Source: an uncultured Clostridia bacterium (GTDB lineage: Bacteria > Bacillota > Clostridia > Lachnospirales > CAG-274). From it: a DNA stretch of 64,000 nt. Every line of letters begins with the position of its first letter. The first letter of the stretch is position 1. The position numbers and the translations under genes were made by a program. Below are positions 46,273 to 56,212 of the stretch, piece after piece. Under the pieces are notes generated by a model that saw only the letters and a list, made by a program, of their open reading frames with translations, did not search any database and was not told where the DNA came from. Location: positions 20,880 through 84,879 of the forward strand of contig CANRBC010000004.1 of assembly GCA_947628755.1 (NCBI GenBank), read 5' to 3'.

Positions 46273-47114
46273 TATTCTTCCCACGTACCGTCGCATATAA
46301 ACTCGGCAGGACCGGTCATATAAACATGGTTGTCCTCTTCCTTCCAGTGTATTGTAAGAGTGCCGCCCAAGAGCTTGACTGCTACGGGAACTCTGGGGCA
46401 TATACCCTTTATATTGGCTGCTACGACTGTGGCGCAGGTACCCGTGCCGCAAGCCCATGTTTCTCCTGCGCCTCTTTCCCACACTCGCATATTAAGGTGG
46501 GTATCGTCTACCTTTTCTACAAATTCCACATTTGTCTTTCTGGGAAAATGCTCGTCTGTTTCTACAACAGAGCCGTATTTTTCAACATCAAAGTCCCTTA
46601 CGCTCTCGTCTATAAATGTAACTGCATGGGGATTGCCCATTGATACGCAGGTAAAGGCAAATTCCCTGTCGTTTGAGTATATTGGCAAATCCACAACAGG
46701 CTCGCCCTCCGCCTTGACAGGCACTTCCTCAGGCTTTAGCACAGGCTCGCCCATATCTACTGTCATAAGCTCAGCCTTTCCGCTTTCACTTTCATGTATT
46801 TCTATTACCTTTATGCCTGCAAGGGTTTCTAGTATGATTGGATTTTTCCTTACTATATTTCTGTCGTATACATATCTTCCTACGCAGCGTGAAGCGTTGC
46901 CGCACATTTCCGCCTCTGAGCCGTCGGAGTTGAACATTCTCATTCTGACATCCGCCTTATCGCTGGGGCATATAAGCACAAGTCCGTCAGAGCCTACTCC
47001 GAAATGCCTGTCGCTTATTTTTTTTGCCACCTGGGAGGGGTTTTCAACCTTTTCCTCAAAACAGTTTACATATATATAGTCGTTGCCACAGCCGTGCATC
47101 TTAGTAAATTTCAT
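46272..47114 (-). CDS. dapF: Diaminopimelate epimerase
   Basis: [36 protein letters not shown]. Start chosen after aaggag. The track ORF begins 10 codons earlier. Confidence 0.9.
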   Translation of the reverse strand: MKFTKMHGCGNDYIYVNCFEEKVENPSQVAKKISDRHFGVGSDGLVLICPSDKADVRMRMFNSDGSEAEMCGNASRCVGRYVYDRNIVRKNPIILETLAGIKVIEIHESESGKAELMTVDMGEPVLKPEEVPVKAEGEPVVDLPIYSNDREFAFTCVSMGNPHAVTFIDESVRDFDVEKYGSVVETDEHFPRKTNVEFVEKVDDTHLNMRVWERGAGETWACGTGTCATVVAANIKGICPRVPVAVKLLGGTLTIHWKEEDNHVYMTGPAEFICDGTWEE

Positions 47115-47124
47115 AGCTATCTCC

Positions 47125-48066
47125 TTATTGTATGTGTATTTCATTCCATATATCGTCGTTTCTTACGACCTCTGTATCTCCTGCCCAGCTGTCGTTCTGC
47201 GCCTGATATATTTCCTGCTTCTTTTCGTTTATATAGTCTGTCCTTATCTGCTCTTTAAGGTCGTTGCCCTTGTTCTTTATATCTATTACCTTAAATATAT
47301 GATAGCCGTCGGCATCCTCCGCAAGAGTGCATTGACCCTTTTTAAGAGCATATATCTTGTCAAGAGTATCCTCTGTGTAAAGACTGGGGTCTAAAACAAA
47401 GGAATCCCTGTTGCCCTTTGGCGTAGTACGGGCAAGCACGCTGTCGAAGTCTGCGCCCTTGCTTATTTTGTCGTAGGCATCGTGAATTTTATCCGCATTT
47501 TCGCTGCCTGTGCTGTCTGCCTGGAGGAATATCTCCTTTATGATATAGTCCATAAAAAGAGCCTTGTTTTCCTCATAATACTGATTGAGATATTCGTCGA
47601 ATTCCTCTTCGTTCACAACATAGCTGTCCGTTACATAGCCGTAAACCTTCTGCTGTATTACGCCCTCCTCCATAATGGAGTATATCTGGTCTCTGTCCAG
47701 CTCCAGCTCCTCCAGCTCCTCAGGTGTAAACTCGGTCATAAGAGCGTCTGTCTGCTCTTCTATTATAGCCTTGTCCTCCTCGGTTACTGAAATATTAAGT
47801 GAAGGCGCTTCCTTTACGGCAGTCTTTACCATAAGTATGGAATTGACCGCATTCTGCTTGGCGACCTCCTCTGCGCTTACTCCGTCAAAATCCGCCTGCC
47901 ATATATCCGTACCGCCCTGCTGCTCGAAGTTCTTCTTCTGCTCCTTAAGGTATACCATATATTCGCCCTTGCTTATTTTGTCATTGCCTATTTTAACAAC
48001 ATAGCCGCCTGTACCGCAGCCTGCAAGCAATACCGCAAGCGCAAGCGCAAACAATATTTTCTTCAT
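47125..48066 (-). CDS. PrsA/SurA-like foldase lipoprotein (parvulin-like PPIase domain, possibly degenerate)
   Basis: Lipobox [17 protein letters not shown]. SurA-N-like helical region. C-terminal ...[14 protein letters not shown], parvulin-like. The first 44 codons of the track ORF are rejected. Confidence 0.6.
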   Translation of the reverse strand: MKKILFALALAVLLAGCGTGGYVVKIGNDKISKGEYMVYLKEQKKNFEQQGGTDIWQADFDGVSAEEVAKQNAVNSILMVKTAVKEAPSLNISVTEEDKAIIEEQTDALMTEFTPEELEELELDRDQIYSIMEEGVIQQKVYGYVTDSYVVNEEEFDEYLNQYYEENKALFMDYIIKEIFLQADSTGSENADKIHDAYDKISKGADFDSVLARTTPKGNRDSFVLDPSLYTEDTLDKIYALKKGQCTLAEDADGYHIFKVIDIKNKGNDLKEQIRTDYINEKKQEIYQAQNDSWAGDTEVVRNDDIWNEIHIQ

Positions 48067-48086
48067 AGCCAACACTCCCTGCCTAA

Positions 48087-48827
48087 CTACTGCCTCATAC
48101 CGCCTGTCAGCTTCTCCTTTATAACGGTGAGCATAAATAAGGGCAGCTGCATCATTCTGCCAATTCTGCTTGGCTGCTTCATAAGTCTGTAAAACCATTC
48201 AAGTCCGTGGTCTACAAAAAATTGAGGCGCTCTCGGCACATTTCCGCACCAGCCGTCAAAGCTGCCGCCTACTCCCACCGCCGTTCTGATATTAAGATTT
48301 CCTATATTGTCGTATATCCATTTTTCCTGTCTGGGAAAGCCTATGCCTACCAGAAGCAAATCGGGTCTTTTTTCATTAATATCCGCTATTATTTTCTTTT
48401 CCTTTTCCCTGTCAAAATATCCGTCTGCGCAGCCTACTATTTTTATACCGGGGAATCTCTCCTCAATGGCTGCCCTTGCTCTTTCGGCAATACCGGGAGC
48501 AGAGCCGAAAAAATACACTGTCTTATCCTTATCCTTTATTCTGTCGAACACGGACAAGAGCATATCGTAGCCTGCTACCCTTTCCTTAATGGGCTCTTTG
48601 GTAAAGCGGGAGGCATAAACTATGCCTATGCCGTCGGGAACGTTCATAGTGCCGGAATTAAGTATTTCCATAAATTCCCTGTCTTTCCTTGCCCTCATTA
48701 CCATTTCGGGATTAGGGGTAAATACCATGCTCTTTCCGCTGCCGTTAAGCAAATATATCATTTTGTCCACAGCCTCGGAGGGACTTATATTGTTGAAGGG
48801 TACTCCCAAAATTCTGCATATACTCAT
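48087..48827 (-). CDS. tagA: WecB/TagA/CpsF family glycosyltransferase (ManNAc transferase-like)
   Basis: ILGVPFNNIS, FFGSAPGIAERA, GFPRQEKWI. About 245 aa. The symbol is assigned by family. Confidence 0.8.
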   Translation of the reverse strand: MSICRILGVPFNNISPSEAVDKMIYLLNGSGKSMVFTPNPEMVMRARKDREFMEILNSGTMNVPDGIGIVYASRFTKEPIKERVAGYDMLLSVFDRIKDKDKTVYFFGSAPGIAERARAAIEERFPGIKIVGCADGYFDREKEKKIIADINEKRPDLLLVGIGFPRQEKWIYDNIGNLNIRTAVGVGGSFDGWCGNVPRAPQFFVDHGLEWFYRLMKQPSRIGRMMQLPLFMLTVIKEKLTGGMRQ

Positions 48828-48839
48828 ATTATTTCCCTT

Positions 48840-49295
48840 TTATTTTACGGTATAGCTTCCCTTTACGAGAAACCACGCCGCCTCCGTTACCTTTACTCCT
48901 CTGCCGTCGTTTCTGGGCACTATCATTATATGATTCATAGCCGCCTTATGACCGTTGTAGAGAGCCTGTCCCGTAGTTGCGTCTACTATGCCCTCTTTGC
49001 CGCTTATTACTATATCGCCCTTGCCTGCTCTGAGTATCATCTCCGTACCCTCGCCGCCTATAATAGTCTTGCCTACGGCAACGGATACGGGAACATAGCT
49101 GCCGCCCGCGGCAATATTTCCGCTGCTGTCAGCAGAAGTGCCTATCATATTCATTACCTGATTGATTTTGTCGTCCACATAGCTTTTGGAAACAAGAGGG
49201 TCTGCCTCTGAGCCTGCATCTGCGGCAAATACAGTACCCATTACAAGCACAACGCTTGCCACAACGCTTATAAAGCCTATTATAAATCTTTTCAT
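48840..49295 (-). CDS. Secreted hypothetical protein (151 aa)
   Basis: Signal peptide MKRFIIGFISVVASVVLVMGTVFA. ATGA overlap with the preceding ORF. Confidence 0.55.
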   Translation of the reverse strand: MKRFIIGFISVVASVVLVMGTVFAADAGSEADPLVSKSYVDDKINQVMNMIGTSADSSGNIAAGGSYVPVSVAVGKTIIGGEGTEMILRAGKGDIVISGKEGIVDATTGQALYNGHKAAMNHIMIVPRNDGRGVKVTEAAWFLVKGSYTVK

Positions 49296-49684
49296 ATTAA
49301 ACTCTCCTTTTTATTTCTTATAAGACTGAGCTGAGCCGACAGAAGCCTGTCGTTTTCATCAGCCTTTTTTATCATAGTATCCGCCTTTGCCTTAAGGCAA
49401 GCCTTATATTTTTCCATATTGTCGAATATTTCGCACACCTGCGAATATATTTCGTTTCGCACATCTCCATTATCGGACATATTCAGCGCCCTGAAACAGT
49501 ATGCGATTTTAGGGTCGTATATTATGCCTACCATGGGCACGTTCTGTACCGCGGCAAATATAGGAGAACCGCCTATAATAGTCTTGCCTGCAGCAATGGA
49601 TACGGGAACATAGCTGCCGCCTGTGGCAAATATTGTACCCATTATAAGCACAACGCTTATAAAGCCCATTATAAACCTTTTCAT
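49292..49684 (-). pseudogene. Chimeric ORF: 5' part of the secreted-protein gene fused in frame to a duplicated 3' part of csaB
   Basis: Residues 1-39 (MKRFIMGFISVV...GGSYVPVSIAAGKTIIGG) copy the start of 48840..49295 with an internal deletion. Residues 42-130 (IFAAVQNVPMVGIIYDPKI...SAQLSLIRNKKESLI) copy the last 95 aa of CsaB with a 6-aa deletion. Confidence 0.6.
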
Positions 49685-50811
49685 ATTAAGCTCTCCCTTT
49701 TATTTCTTATAAGACTGAGCTGAGCCGACAGAAGCCTGTCGTTTTCATCAGCCTTTTTTATCATAGTATCCGCCTTTGCCTTAAGGCAAGCCTTATATTT
49801 TTCCATATTGTCGAATATTTCGCATACCTGGGAATATATTTTGACGCTGTCAAGTCTTTCGCTGCGCACATCTCCGCCCTCGGGCATATCCAGCTCTCTG
49901 AGATAGTATTCTATTTTAGGGTCGTATATTATGCCTACCATGGGCACGTTCTGTACCGCAGCAAATATAAGAGAATGAAGCCTCATGCTTATCATAAGGT
50001 CAAAGCGCCCTATTATTCCCAGTATTTGCTCGGGAGTATAGCGTTTTTCAAGCATATAGCTTTTCTGTTTCATAGCGGAGCATACTCTCCCGGATATTTC
50101 TATATCCTTGGGGAACTCCATAGGCAAAAGCACTACGTTCTTACCGCTTTTTACTATATCGTCGCATACCCTGGCAATTTTCACAACATAGTCGTCGCCG
50201 TACTGAGCCTTAGACCACGCCCTTACGCATACGGCAACTCTCTGTCCGTCGCTTGGTATGCCCTCCGCCTTAAGAAGCTCCTCCGCCTCAACGGAAGCTA
50301 TGGACTCTAGCTTAAAGGCAGGGTCGGCAGTAACGGTAACATTGGGATTGGTAACGCCTATGCTCCTAAGATCCTGTTCGGAGAGCTTTTCTCTCAGAGT
50401 GATTACATCTACTGTATCCACAACGCTTTTTACAAGGCGTCTGTTCAGTCTGCCCATAACCGGACCTATGCCGTTGGCGTAAAGCATAACTCTCTTTTTA
50501 AAATGCTTTGCCGCCTTTATTATACTGAGGTAGTACAAAAGGGAACGGGTGCTTGTGCCGTTCTGCAGGAGAGTACCGCCTCCGCTCAGTATAATATCGC
50601 TTTGTCTGATAGCGGAAAGTACCTGCGGTATATTAAAGCGCTGAACAGAGTTTATTCCATATTCGGTTTTTGTAAAATCGGGTCTGTAACTCAAGGCAGT
50701 AATATTGACGTCTGCCGCCATTTTTCTTATATTGGTGGTCATCGCCTGTAATATTGCCTCGTCGCCGCAGTTACCATAGCCATGGTAGCCTGCTATCAAC
50801 AGATTTATCAT
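49681..50811 (-). CDS. csaB: Polysaccharide pyruvyl transferase CsaB
   Basis: N-terminus MINLLIAGYHGYGNCGDEAIL. About 375 aa. Pyruvyl-transferase family layout, next to tagA. Confidence 0.8.
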   Translation of the reverse strand: MINLLIAGYHGYGNCGDEAILQAMTTNIRKMAADVNITALSYRPDFTKTEYGINSVQRFNIPQVLSAIRQSDIILSGGGTLLQNGTSTRSLLYYLSIIKAAKHFKKRVMLYANGIGPVMGRLNRRLVKSVVDTVDVITLREKLSEQDLRSIGVTNPNVTVTADPAFKLESIASVEAEELLKAEGIPSDGQRVAVCVRAWSKAQYGDDYVVKIARVCDDIVKSGKNVVLLPMEFPKDIEISGRVCSAMKQKSYMLEKRYTPEQILGIIGRFDLMISMRLHSLIFAAVQNVPMVGIIYDPKIEYYLRELDMPEGGDVRSERLDSVKIYSQVCEIFDNMEKYKACLKAKADTMIKKADENDRLLSAQLSLIRNKRESLI

Positions 50812-50824
50812 AGGTTTTCACCTC

Positions 50825-52243
50825 TTACTCTTTTTCAGAGCTTATTCTCTTGTTTTCCTCATACCATATACCCATTATAACTGCCGTAAACAGCCAGAAA
50901 AGACTTGTCATCATAGGAGTTTCAAATACGTTTTCAAAGAAATTGTGGGCGATAACACCGCACAAGCCTGCCATAATGCCCGTTGAAAGCTCCTTAGACG
51001 TTTTAGTGGAGGACAGCCTTATGGTCCTGAAGGAATTTATAACCACGCTGTAAAGCAGGACAGCAAATGCGCCGAAGCCCAGAAGTCCCGATTCCACAGC
51101 CATTTTAAGCATATTGTTATCCATATAGAAGGTGTCTGTCCAGGTATAGCCCACAAGGTATTTCATACCGTTGTTCATGGCTACTGCGCCGCCGAAGTGA
51201 CCCAAACCCACGCCTAAAAGCAGATTGTTCTTAAGTATTTCAAGTCCCGTAAGCCAGCGCACAAGCCTTCCGCCTCTCAGAGAGGACTCTATATATTCGG
51301 GACTGAGCATATAGCCTATTCTGTCGCCTACGCTTGGCACAGCCACTACCACAAGCACCGCCAGTATAAGGGCAGGGATAATAAAGCGCTTGTCCTTTAG
51401 AAGTATATATATGCCTGCCGCAAGCATAAAGCCTATCCATGCGCCTCTTGAGAATGTAAACACAAGGCTTGCAAGCATCACAAAAGCGACCAGTAAGAAA
51501 AATATCCTGCTAAGCGTCTTTTTGCTCACAAGGGCAAGAGATACCGCCATAGGTATCGCCATGGTAAGGAGAGAGCCGAATATATTCGGACTTGTGAATA
51601 TGGAGAATACTCTTGTCCTTACTCCCGCCTCGTTCTGGTCTACCCAGCCTGCAGGCATTTCAACGCCAATGGCATACTGATACACGCCGTAAAGCGCCAG
51701 TACGCCTACTATAAGCACAAAGCAAAGTGTTATTGACTTTGCGGAGCTTTCGCCCTTAATAAGCTGTATTACCACAAAGTACCACAGCATATACTGTACA
51801 ATGGCTCTGAAGCCCTCTACGCCTACGGAAAAGTCCGTAGAATTGAGTATAAGACATATAAGCATAGCCGATATAAACAGGAAAAGAGGGAAATCAATAG
51901 GCGTTGTTTTGAAATTGTCCTCATTTCTGCTTCTTATCCACTTTACTCCCCACAGGCACACAAGACCTATAAGGAAAAGCTCGTCCCATACGCTTGATAT
52001 TCCTCCGGCAAAGGCTCTTATGGCCACGTCAAGTACGCCATAGCCTGCCAGAAAAAACACCGCTATGTCGTAATTGAATATCATCATAGCCACAGCCGTT
52101 ACAACGGCTATTGCTCCAAGAGCAGCCAAGGGTCCTGCGCTTCCGCAGCCAAGTCCCAGAAGTATTCCTATTATTACAACAAAAGCAACAAGTCTGTTAT
52201 TCAAAAAATCACCCCAACACAATATCCGTAAGCCACTTGACAA
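50825..52243 (-). CDS. O-antigen ligase/polymerase-like (Wzy_C domain) membrane protein
   Basis: At least 10 transmembrane segments, and a FSRGAWIGF loop motif typical of Wzy_C. The start is uncertain (ATG 52243 overlaps the upstream gene; TTG 52204 follows ggggtg). Confidence 0.75.
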   Translation of the reverse strand: MSSGLRILCWGDFLNNRLVAFVVIIGILLGLGCGSAGPLAALGAIAVVTAVAMMIFNYDIAVFFLAGYGVLDVAIRAFAGGISSVWDELFLIGLVCLWGVKWIRSRNEDNFKTTPIDFPLFLFISAMLICLILNSTDFSVGVEGFRAIVQYMLWYFVVIQLIKGESSAKSITLCFVLIVGVLALYGVYQYAIGVEMPAGWVDQNEAGVRTRVFSIFTSPNIFGSLLTMAIPMAVSLALVSKKTLSRIFFLLVAFVMLASLVFTFSRGAWIGFMLAAGIYILLKDKRFIIPALILAVLVVVAVPSVGDRIGYMLSPEYIESSLRGGRLVRWLTGLEILKNNLLLGVGLGHFGGAVAMNNGMKYLVGYTWTDTFYMDNNMLKMAVESGLLGFGAFAVLLYSVVINSFRTIRLSSTKTSKELSTGIMAGLCGVIAHNFFENVFETPMMTSLFWLFTAVIMGIWYEENKRISSEKE

Positions 52244-52754
52244 GCCTTACCACAAGGCTTCTGCCAAAGGCTGCGCAGTATATACCGCAAAGCACCACAA
52301 ACATACCGAGAGCAAATATGCCCCAGCACAATATCATATTTGTAAGCGTAACGCTGTCTGTAATTATCATTGAAACAATGCTGCCTATAGGTATGCTCAT
52401 AAGGAGTATGCCAAAGAGATAGGCAATATTTCCCGTACCCAACGCCTTTATTTTATTTACAAGGGCATAGAGCATACTGCCCTTTATGGCAGGAGCAATA
52501 AGCCTGTGCAAAAAGCCGCATATAATATCCACAATATGGGCGATGAAGCATACAAGCCTGTATACAAGACTGTATCTGAACCAAGGCTTTTTGTATATAT
52601 ACCCGTGGAGTATACGGTGTACAATACTGTTCTGCCAGCATCTGCCTACTGCGTCGGCGCACCTTTTAAGTCCGCTGCTTTTATATGCGTTAAGCACGAA
52701 TTTTACAATATTGATAATGAATCTGCAAAACACGCTGTTATTAACATATCTCAT
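52209..52754 (-). CDS. Hypothetical membrane protein
   Basis: Hydrophobic C-terminal half. Start taken at MRYVNN (52754), after the stop of the DUF4330-like gene. Weak evidence. Confidence 0.4.
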   Translation of the reverse strand: MRYVNNSVFCRFIINIVKFVLNAYKSSGLKRCADAVGRCWQNSIVHRILHGYIYKKPWFRYSLVYRLVCFIAHIVDIICGFLHRLIAPAIKGSMLYALVNKIKALGTGNIAYLFGILLMSIPIGSIVSMIITDSVTLTNMILCWGIFALGMFVVLCGIYCAAFGRSLVVRLVKWLTDIVLG

Positions 52755-52785
52755 AAAAACAACTCCGTTTCGGAACAAATGGATA

Positions 52786-53292
52786 TTACTCGTCTTTCCA
52801 CTCAATATTCCTTATTCTGCCGTTAGCCTCTACGGACTGAGTCTTTATAATGTAGTTATAGCCTACTCTTGCCTCCTGTCCGCCTACCTTAAGCACAACT
52901 GTTGAAGGGTCTATTTTTTCCTTTATCACTACTGTAACATCCTTCCAGAGAGGATGCTCGCTCAATACCGCCTTGCCTGTGGCGTCTGTGCCTACATAGG
53001 CAGCAGGCTCTGTCTTTACATCAACTATCTCGGCGTCGGTGAGCTTGCCCCCTGCGGCAACGTGCTCGCCTATTTTGAGATTTTCGCCTACCTCGGGAAC
53101 CTGGAGGCTTGAGAACACGGTGATATAGCAATACTTATCCTCGTCAAGAGGGTTAAGTCCGTCTATATTTCTCTTGCTTGATGTAAGCCTTATGCCAATT
53201 ACGGCTATTACCGCTATAATGACAAGGACTACTATTAAATCGATAATATTCAGCTTGCCGAATATTTTACCCTTTTCGTCTATGAGCTTCAT
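52786..53292 (-). CDS. DUF4330-like single-pass membrane protein
   Basis: N-terminus KGKIFGKLNIIDLIVVLVIIAVIAVIG, typical of DUF4330 (recalled). Confidence 0.5.
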   Translation of the reverse strand: MKLIDEKGKIFGKLNIIDLIVVLVIIAVIAVIGIRLTSSKRNIDGLNPLDEDKYCYITVFSSLQVPEVGENLKIGEHVAAGGKLTDAEIVDVKTEPAAYVGTDATGKAVLSEHPLWKDVTVVIKEKIDPSTVVLKVGGQEARVGYNYIIKTQSVEANGRIRNIEWKDE

Positions 53293-53294
53293 TT

Positions 53295-54428
53295 TTATTT
53301 CTCCTTTGCTATTTTATTATATATATCAACATGGGTCTGAGCCATTTTTTCACAGGAGAACAGCTTTTCTGCTCTGTCGTGGAAGGTCCTTCCCATTTTT
53401 ATTCTCATATCGTCGTTTTTGCAAAGCCTCTTTATCCTGTCTGCAAGGGCGTTGTAGTCCCCTGAGGGTACAAGATAACCGCTTCTGCCTTCCTCTATCA
53501 TTTCAGGTATGCCGCCTACTGCCGTAGCCACTGTGGCCGCCGACATTCTTGCGCCCTCCAGAAGCGCGTAGGGGAAGCTCTCGGAATAGGAGCTCAATGT
53601 ATTTATATCCATATATTTATAGAAGCTGTTCATTACTGTGGGTTCTGTTATCTGACCTGCCATATATACCCTGTCAGCAAGTCCGTTGTCCTCTATAAAC
53701 GCCTTGCATTTATCCCACATTTCTCCGTTGCCCAGAAGAACAAAGTCTATATCGTTCTGCTTTTCGGCTATTGCCTTTGCCGCCTTTAAAAATACGTCTA
53801 CACCCTTTACCGCATAGAGCCTTGCGGCAATGCCTACATACTTCTTTTCGGGAGAGTAGGGCACTTTTATTCTTTCAAAAAAGCTCTCCTTTTCCATAAG
53901 GGGCAGCTCGCAGTCAAATTCTATACCGTTGTATATGACATTGAGCCTTTCGGCTTTAAAGCCTCTTTTAACAAGCATATCCTTAAATGCCCTTGTAACG
54001 GTGAAAATATGCTTGAACCGTCTGAGAGCAAGGGAATTGATAGGGGTATATATCATCTGCTTTCTGATATTGTCCTTGAAATCCAGCTTATAATCGCTGT
54101 GAAGGGTAGTGACCATAGGCACCTTTACCTTTTTCATAATGAAAAGGGAAATGTAGTTTGCCCTTGCGCCGTGACAGTGTACTATATCGCAGCCGCAGGT
54201 GTTCATATAATTACATATCTTGCTCAGCACCGATATATCGTACCTCTTTTTCTGAGGTATTATGGTAACGGGAATACCCAGCGCCCTTGCCTCCTCTGTG
54301 AAGATACCCTCCATAATACAGAGAAGCTCCGCATCTATATTCAGTTTTCTAAGATTGGAAAGGAGCGTAAGCACATGAGTTTTTGCGCCTCCCGTATCTC
54401 CTCCGCTTATAAAGTGAAGTACCTTCAT
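53295..54428 (-). CDS. Glycosyltransferase family 4 (GT-B)
   Basis: N-terminus MKVLHFISGGDTGGAKTHV. C-terminal E(x7)E region SYSESFPYALLEGARMSAATVATAVGGIPEMIEEGRSGYLV. Confidence 0.8.
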   Translation of the reverse strand: MKVLHFISGGDTGGAKTHVLTLLSNLRKLNIDAELLCIMEGIFTEEARALGIPVTIIPQKKRYDISVLSKICNYMNTCGCDIVHCHGARANYISLFIMKKVKVPMVTTLHSDYKLDFKDNIRKQMIYTPINSLALRRFKHIFTVTRAFKDMLVKRGFKAERLNVIYNGIEFDCELPLMEKESFFERIKVPYSPEKKYVGIAARLYAVKGVDVFLKAAKAIAEKQNDIDFVLLGNGEMWDKCKAFIEDNGLADRVYMAGQITEPTVMNSFYKYMDINTLSSYSESFPYALLEGARMSAATVATAVGGIPEMIEEGRSGYLVPSGDYNALADRIKRLCKNDDMRIKMGRTFHDRAEKLFSCEKMAQTHVDIYNKIAKEK

Positions 54429-54440
54429 TTCAAAACCTCT

Positions 54441-55688
54441 TTACATTCTGTTAAACACGTCAGCCAGCTTTTCTGTCAGACGTTTTCTTTCAAAGCCCTC
54501 TATAACGGCGCGGTCAGGGTCAAAGTCAAGTGTGCCGTTACACCAGCTGTCATAATAGAGCTTAATATTTTCCTTAATGGCGTTTACATCGTCGGTATCC
54601 GCCACTATACCTATTCTGCTCTGCCTTACAAGGTCTGCGGCGCAGCCCTTTGGAAGTATTGCCAGAACGGGTCTGTTTGTATTCATATATTCAAATATCT
54701 TGCCTGTATAGAAGGCGTCTGCGCCTCTGCCGCTGCCCTCTATAAGCACAAGAACATCCGCCCCTGTCTGATGGGCTATACATACGTTATGGGGAACATA
54801 GCCAACTATTTCAAAGCTTTCTGTAAGTCCATAGCTGTCTATTTGCGCCTGCAGCTTATCCTTGTGATAATTGCCTATCAGCTTTACAAGTATTCTGCCG
54901 CCGTCTATTTTGCCCTCTTCCTTAAGCTGTCTGAGAGCCTCGAAGAAAGTATCGGGCTTTCTTCTGCCGTAGAGCGCCCCTGTATATACCATTGTCATTT
55001 TGTCGTTACGGGGTTTGTTGTTTACGTCCATATCCTTGAAATCCTCAACGTCATAGCCGTTGGGTATTACAAAGAAGTTGTCCCCCTTTATTCTGTTGTT
55101 TCTTATGAAATTTTCACGCATTACGGGAGTATTGGTAATAAGCATATCGGCTGTTGTGACCACCTTATGCTCCATAGCCTTTTCCTTTTTAGTCCTCAGA
55201 GCGTTATAGGGATTGTCGAGAATATAGGGATTGTTTGTCCACTCGTCGCGAAAATCCACCGCCCATTTTATATTGGGCATTTTTTTCTTGATATAAAGAC
55301 CAAGAAGATGGTCGCTGTAAGGCGCAGATGTAGTGTATATAAGGTCTATACCCTCGCTTTTTATTACATCAAGCGCCTTTTTCTTTGAAAACTCCATCCA
55401 GAAGCGGGCGGTATCGGGTATTATAAATTTGCCCAGTACCTTTCCGGGTATTCTGAATATGCCCTTCATTTCGGGAAGCTCCCAAGGCTTTGTTCTGTAT
55501 ATTTTTACGCCCTTCGGAACGTCGTTTAAAAGGGTTTCGTCCTTAAGAGGCATATTGCCCACTTCTCTTGTAAATACCACGGGCTCATAGCCGAAGCTCC
55601 TGAGATGCTTTACAAACTTGACGCTTCTTTGTACGCCCGAACCGCCCATAGGCGGAAACTGATTTGCTATTATCAATACTTTTCTCAT
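54441..55688 (-). CDS. Glycosyltransferase, GT-B fold (GT4-like)
   Basis: N-terminus KVLIIANQFPPMGGSGVQRS. Size and layout typical of GT4-like enzymes. Confidence 0.7.
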   Translation of the reverse strand: MRKVLIIANQFPPMGGSGVQRSVKFVKHLRSFGYEPVVFTREVGNMPLKDETLLNDVPKGVKIYRTKPWELPEMKGIFRIPGKVLGKFIIPDTARFWMEFSKKKALDVIKSEGIDLIYTTSAPYSDHLLGLYIKKKMPNIKWAVDFRDEWTNNPYILDNPYNALRTKKEKAMEHKVVTTADMLITNTPVMRENFIRNNRIKGDNFFVIPNGYDVEDFKDMDVNNKPRNDKMTMVYTGALYGRRKPDTFFEALRQLKEEGKIDGGRILVKLIGNYHKDKLQAQIDSYGLTESFEIVGYVPHNVCIAHQTGADVLVLIEGSGRGADAFYTGKIFEYMNTNRPVLAILPKGCAADLVRQSRIGIVADTDDVNAIKENIKLYYDSWCNGTLDFDPDRAVIEGFERKRLTEKLADVFNRM

Positions 55689-55713
55689 AATTGCCTATTC
55701 CTTATTATCAGTA

Positions 55714-55760
55714 ATATATAAAAACAACCGATTTCCTGTGACAAGGTCACGGAAAAATTA
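55714..55760. repeat. Direct repeat copy 1 flanking the KilA-N gene
   Basis: atataaaaacaaccgatttcctgtgacaaggtcacggaaaaattat, with an internal palindrome gtgac-aag-gtcac. It ends in the stop codon of the KilA-N gene. Confidence 0.75.
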
Positions 55761-56183
55761 TTTTTGTTCCAATGCTTTTATGGTTTCAATACTAAGCCTT
55801 GACAAGGTATTAAGCTGCTTAACGGCATACGTCCTCAAAATTTGTATCCTTTCGCTCTGAGGTACACCCTGTTCAATCAGGATTGCATTGACGCCTTCTA
55901 TCCATTTTGTAGGCGACATTGTAAAGGCATTTAATCCTGCCTGCTTTCTAAACCCGTCGAATTCGACGGGTTTAAAATTTTCATTGTGAAGCATTTCCCA
56001 AAGTCCTAAAAACTCAATGGTATCTCTGCTGCGAAGCCAGTTTCTTATCACATCATTAGGCTCATCGCTTTTGTAGCGGGCAATATCCGTCAGCGAAATA
56101 TATTCATTTTTAAAATCCTCTGTATATATACTTATTTCATAGCCGTTGGCATGAATAGTATCTTTCATTTGTTTATTAGCCAA
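55758..56183 (-). CDS. KilA-N domain DNA-binding protein
   Basis: NGYEISIYTEDFKNEYISLTDIARYKSDEPNDVIRNWLRSRDTIEFLGLWE matches the KilA-N family pattern. The start is uncertain (TTG 56183 or ATG 56168) and the RBS is poor. Confidence 0.65.
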   Translation of the reverse strand: MANKQMKDTIHANGYEISIYTEDFKNEYISLTDIARYKSDEPNDVIRNWLRSRDTIEFLGLWEMLHNENFKPVEFDGFRKQAGLNAFTMSPTKWIEGVNAILIEQGVPQSERIQILRTYAVKQLNTLSRLSIETIKALEQK

Positions 56184-56212
56184 TTTAATTACCTATTATA
56201 TATAATCCGTAT

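Noticed and set aside
52204-52243. Possibility that 52209..52805 and 50825..52243 are one frameshifted gene (35-nt overlap).
   Set aside because: The downstream ORF has its own possible starts (ATG 52243, or TTG 52204 after ggggtg), and the upstream protein is a plausible separate small membrane protein. No homopolymer or obvious frameshift site lies in the overlap. The question is left open at low confidence.
54009-55388. 459-aa + strand ORF spanning two glycosyltransferase genes. Similar long antisense ORFs occur at 48207..49211, 62521..63570, 46330..47079, 19295..20122, 38624..39208 and 31679..32272.
   Set aside because: All are antisense to genes with clear family motifs. Their composition (Tyr/Ile/Phe/Cys/His-rich or Ser/Pro/Ala-rich) is typical of shadow frames. 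The first crosses a gene boundary and has no RBS.
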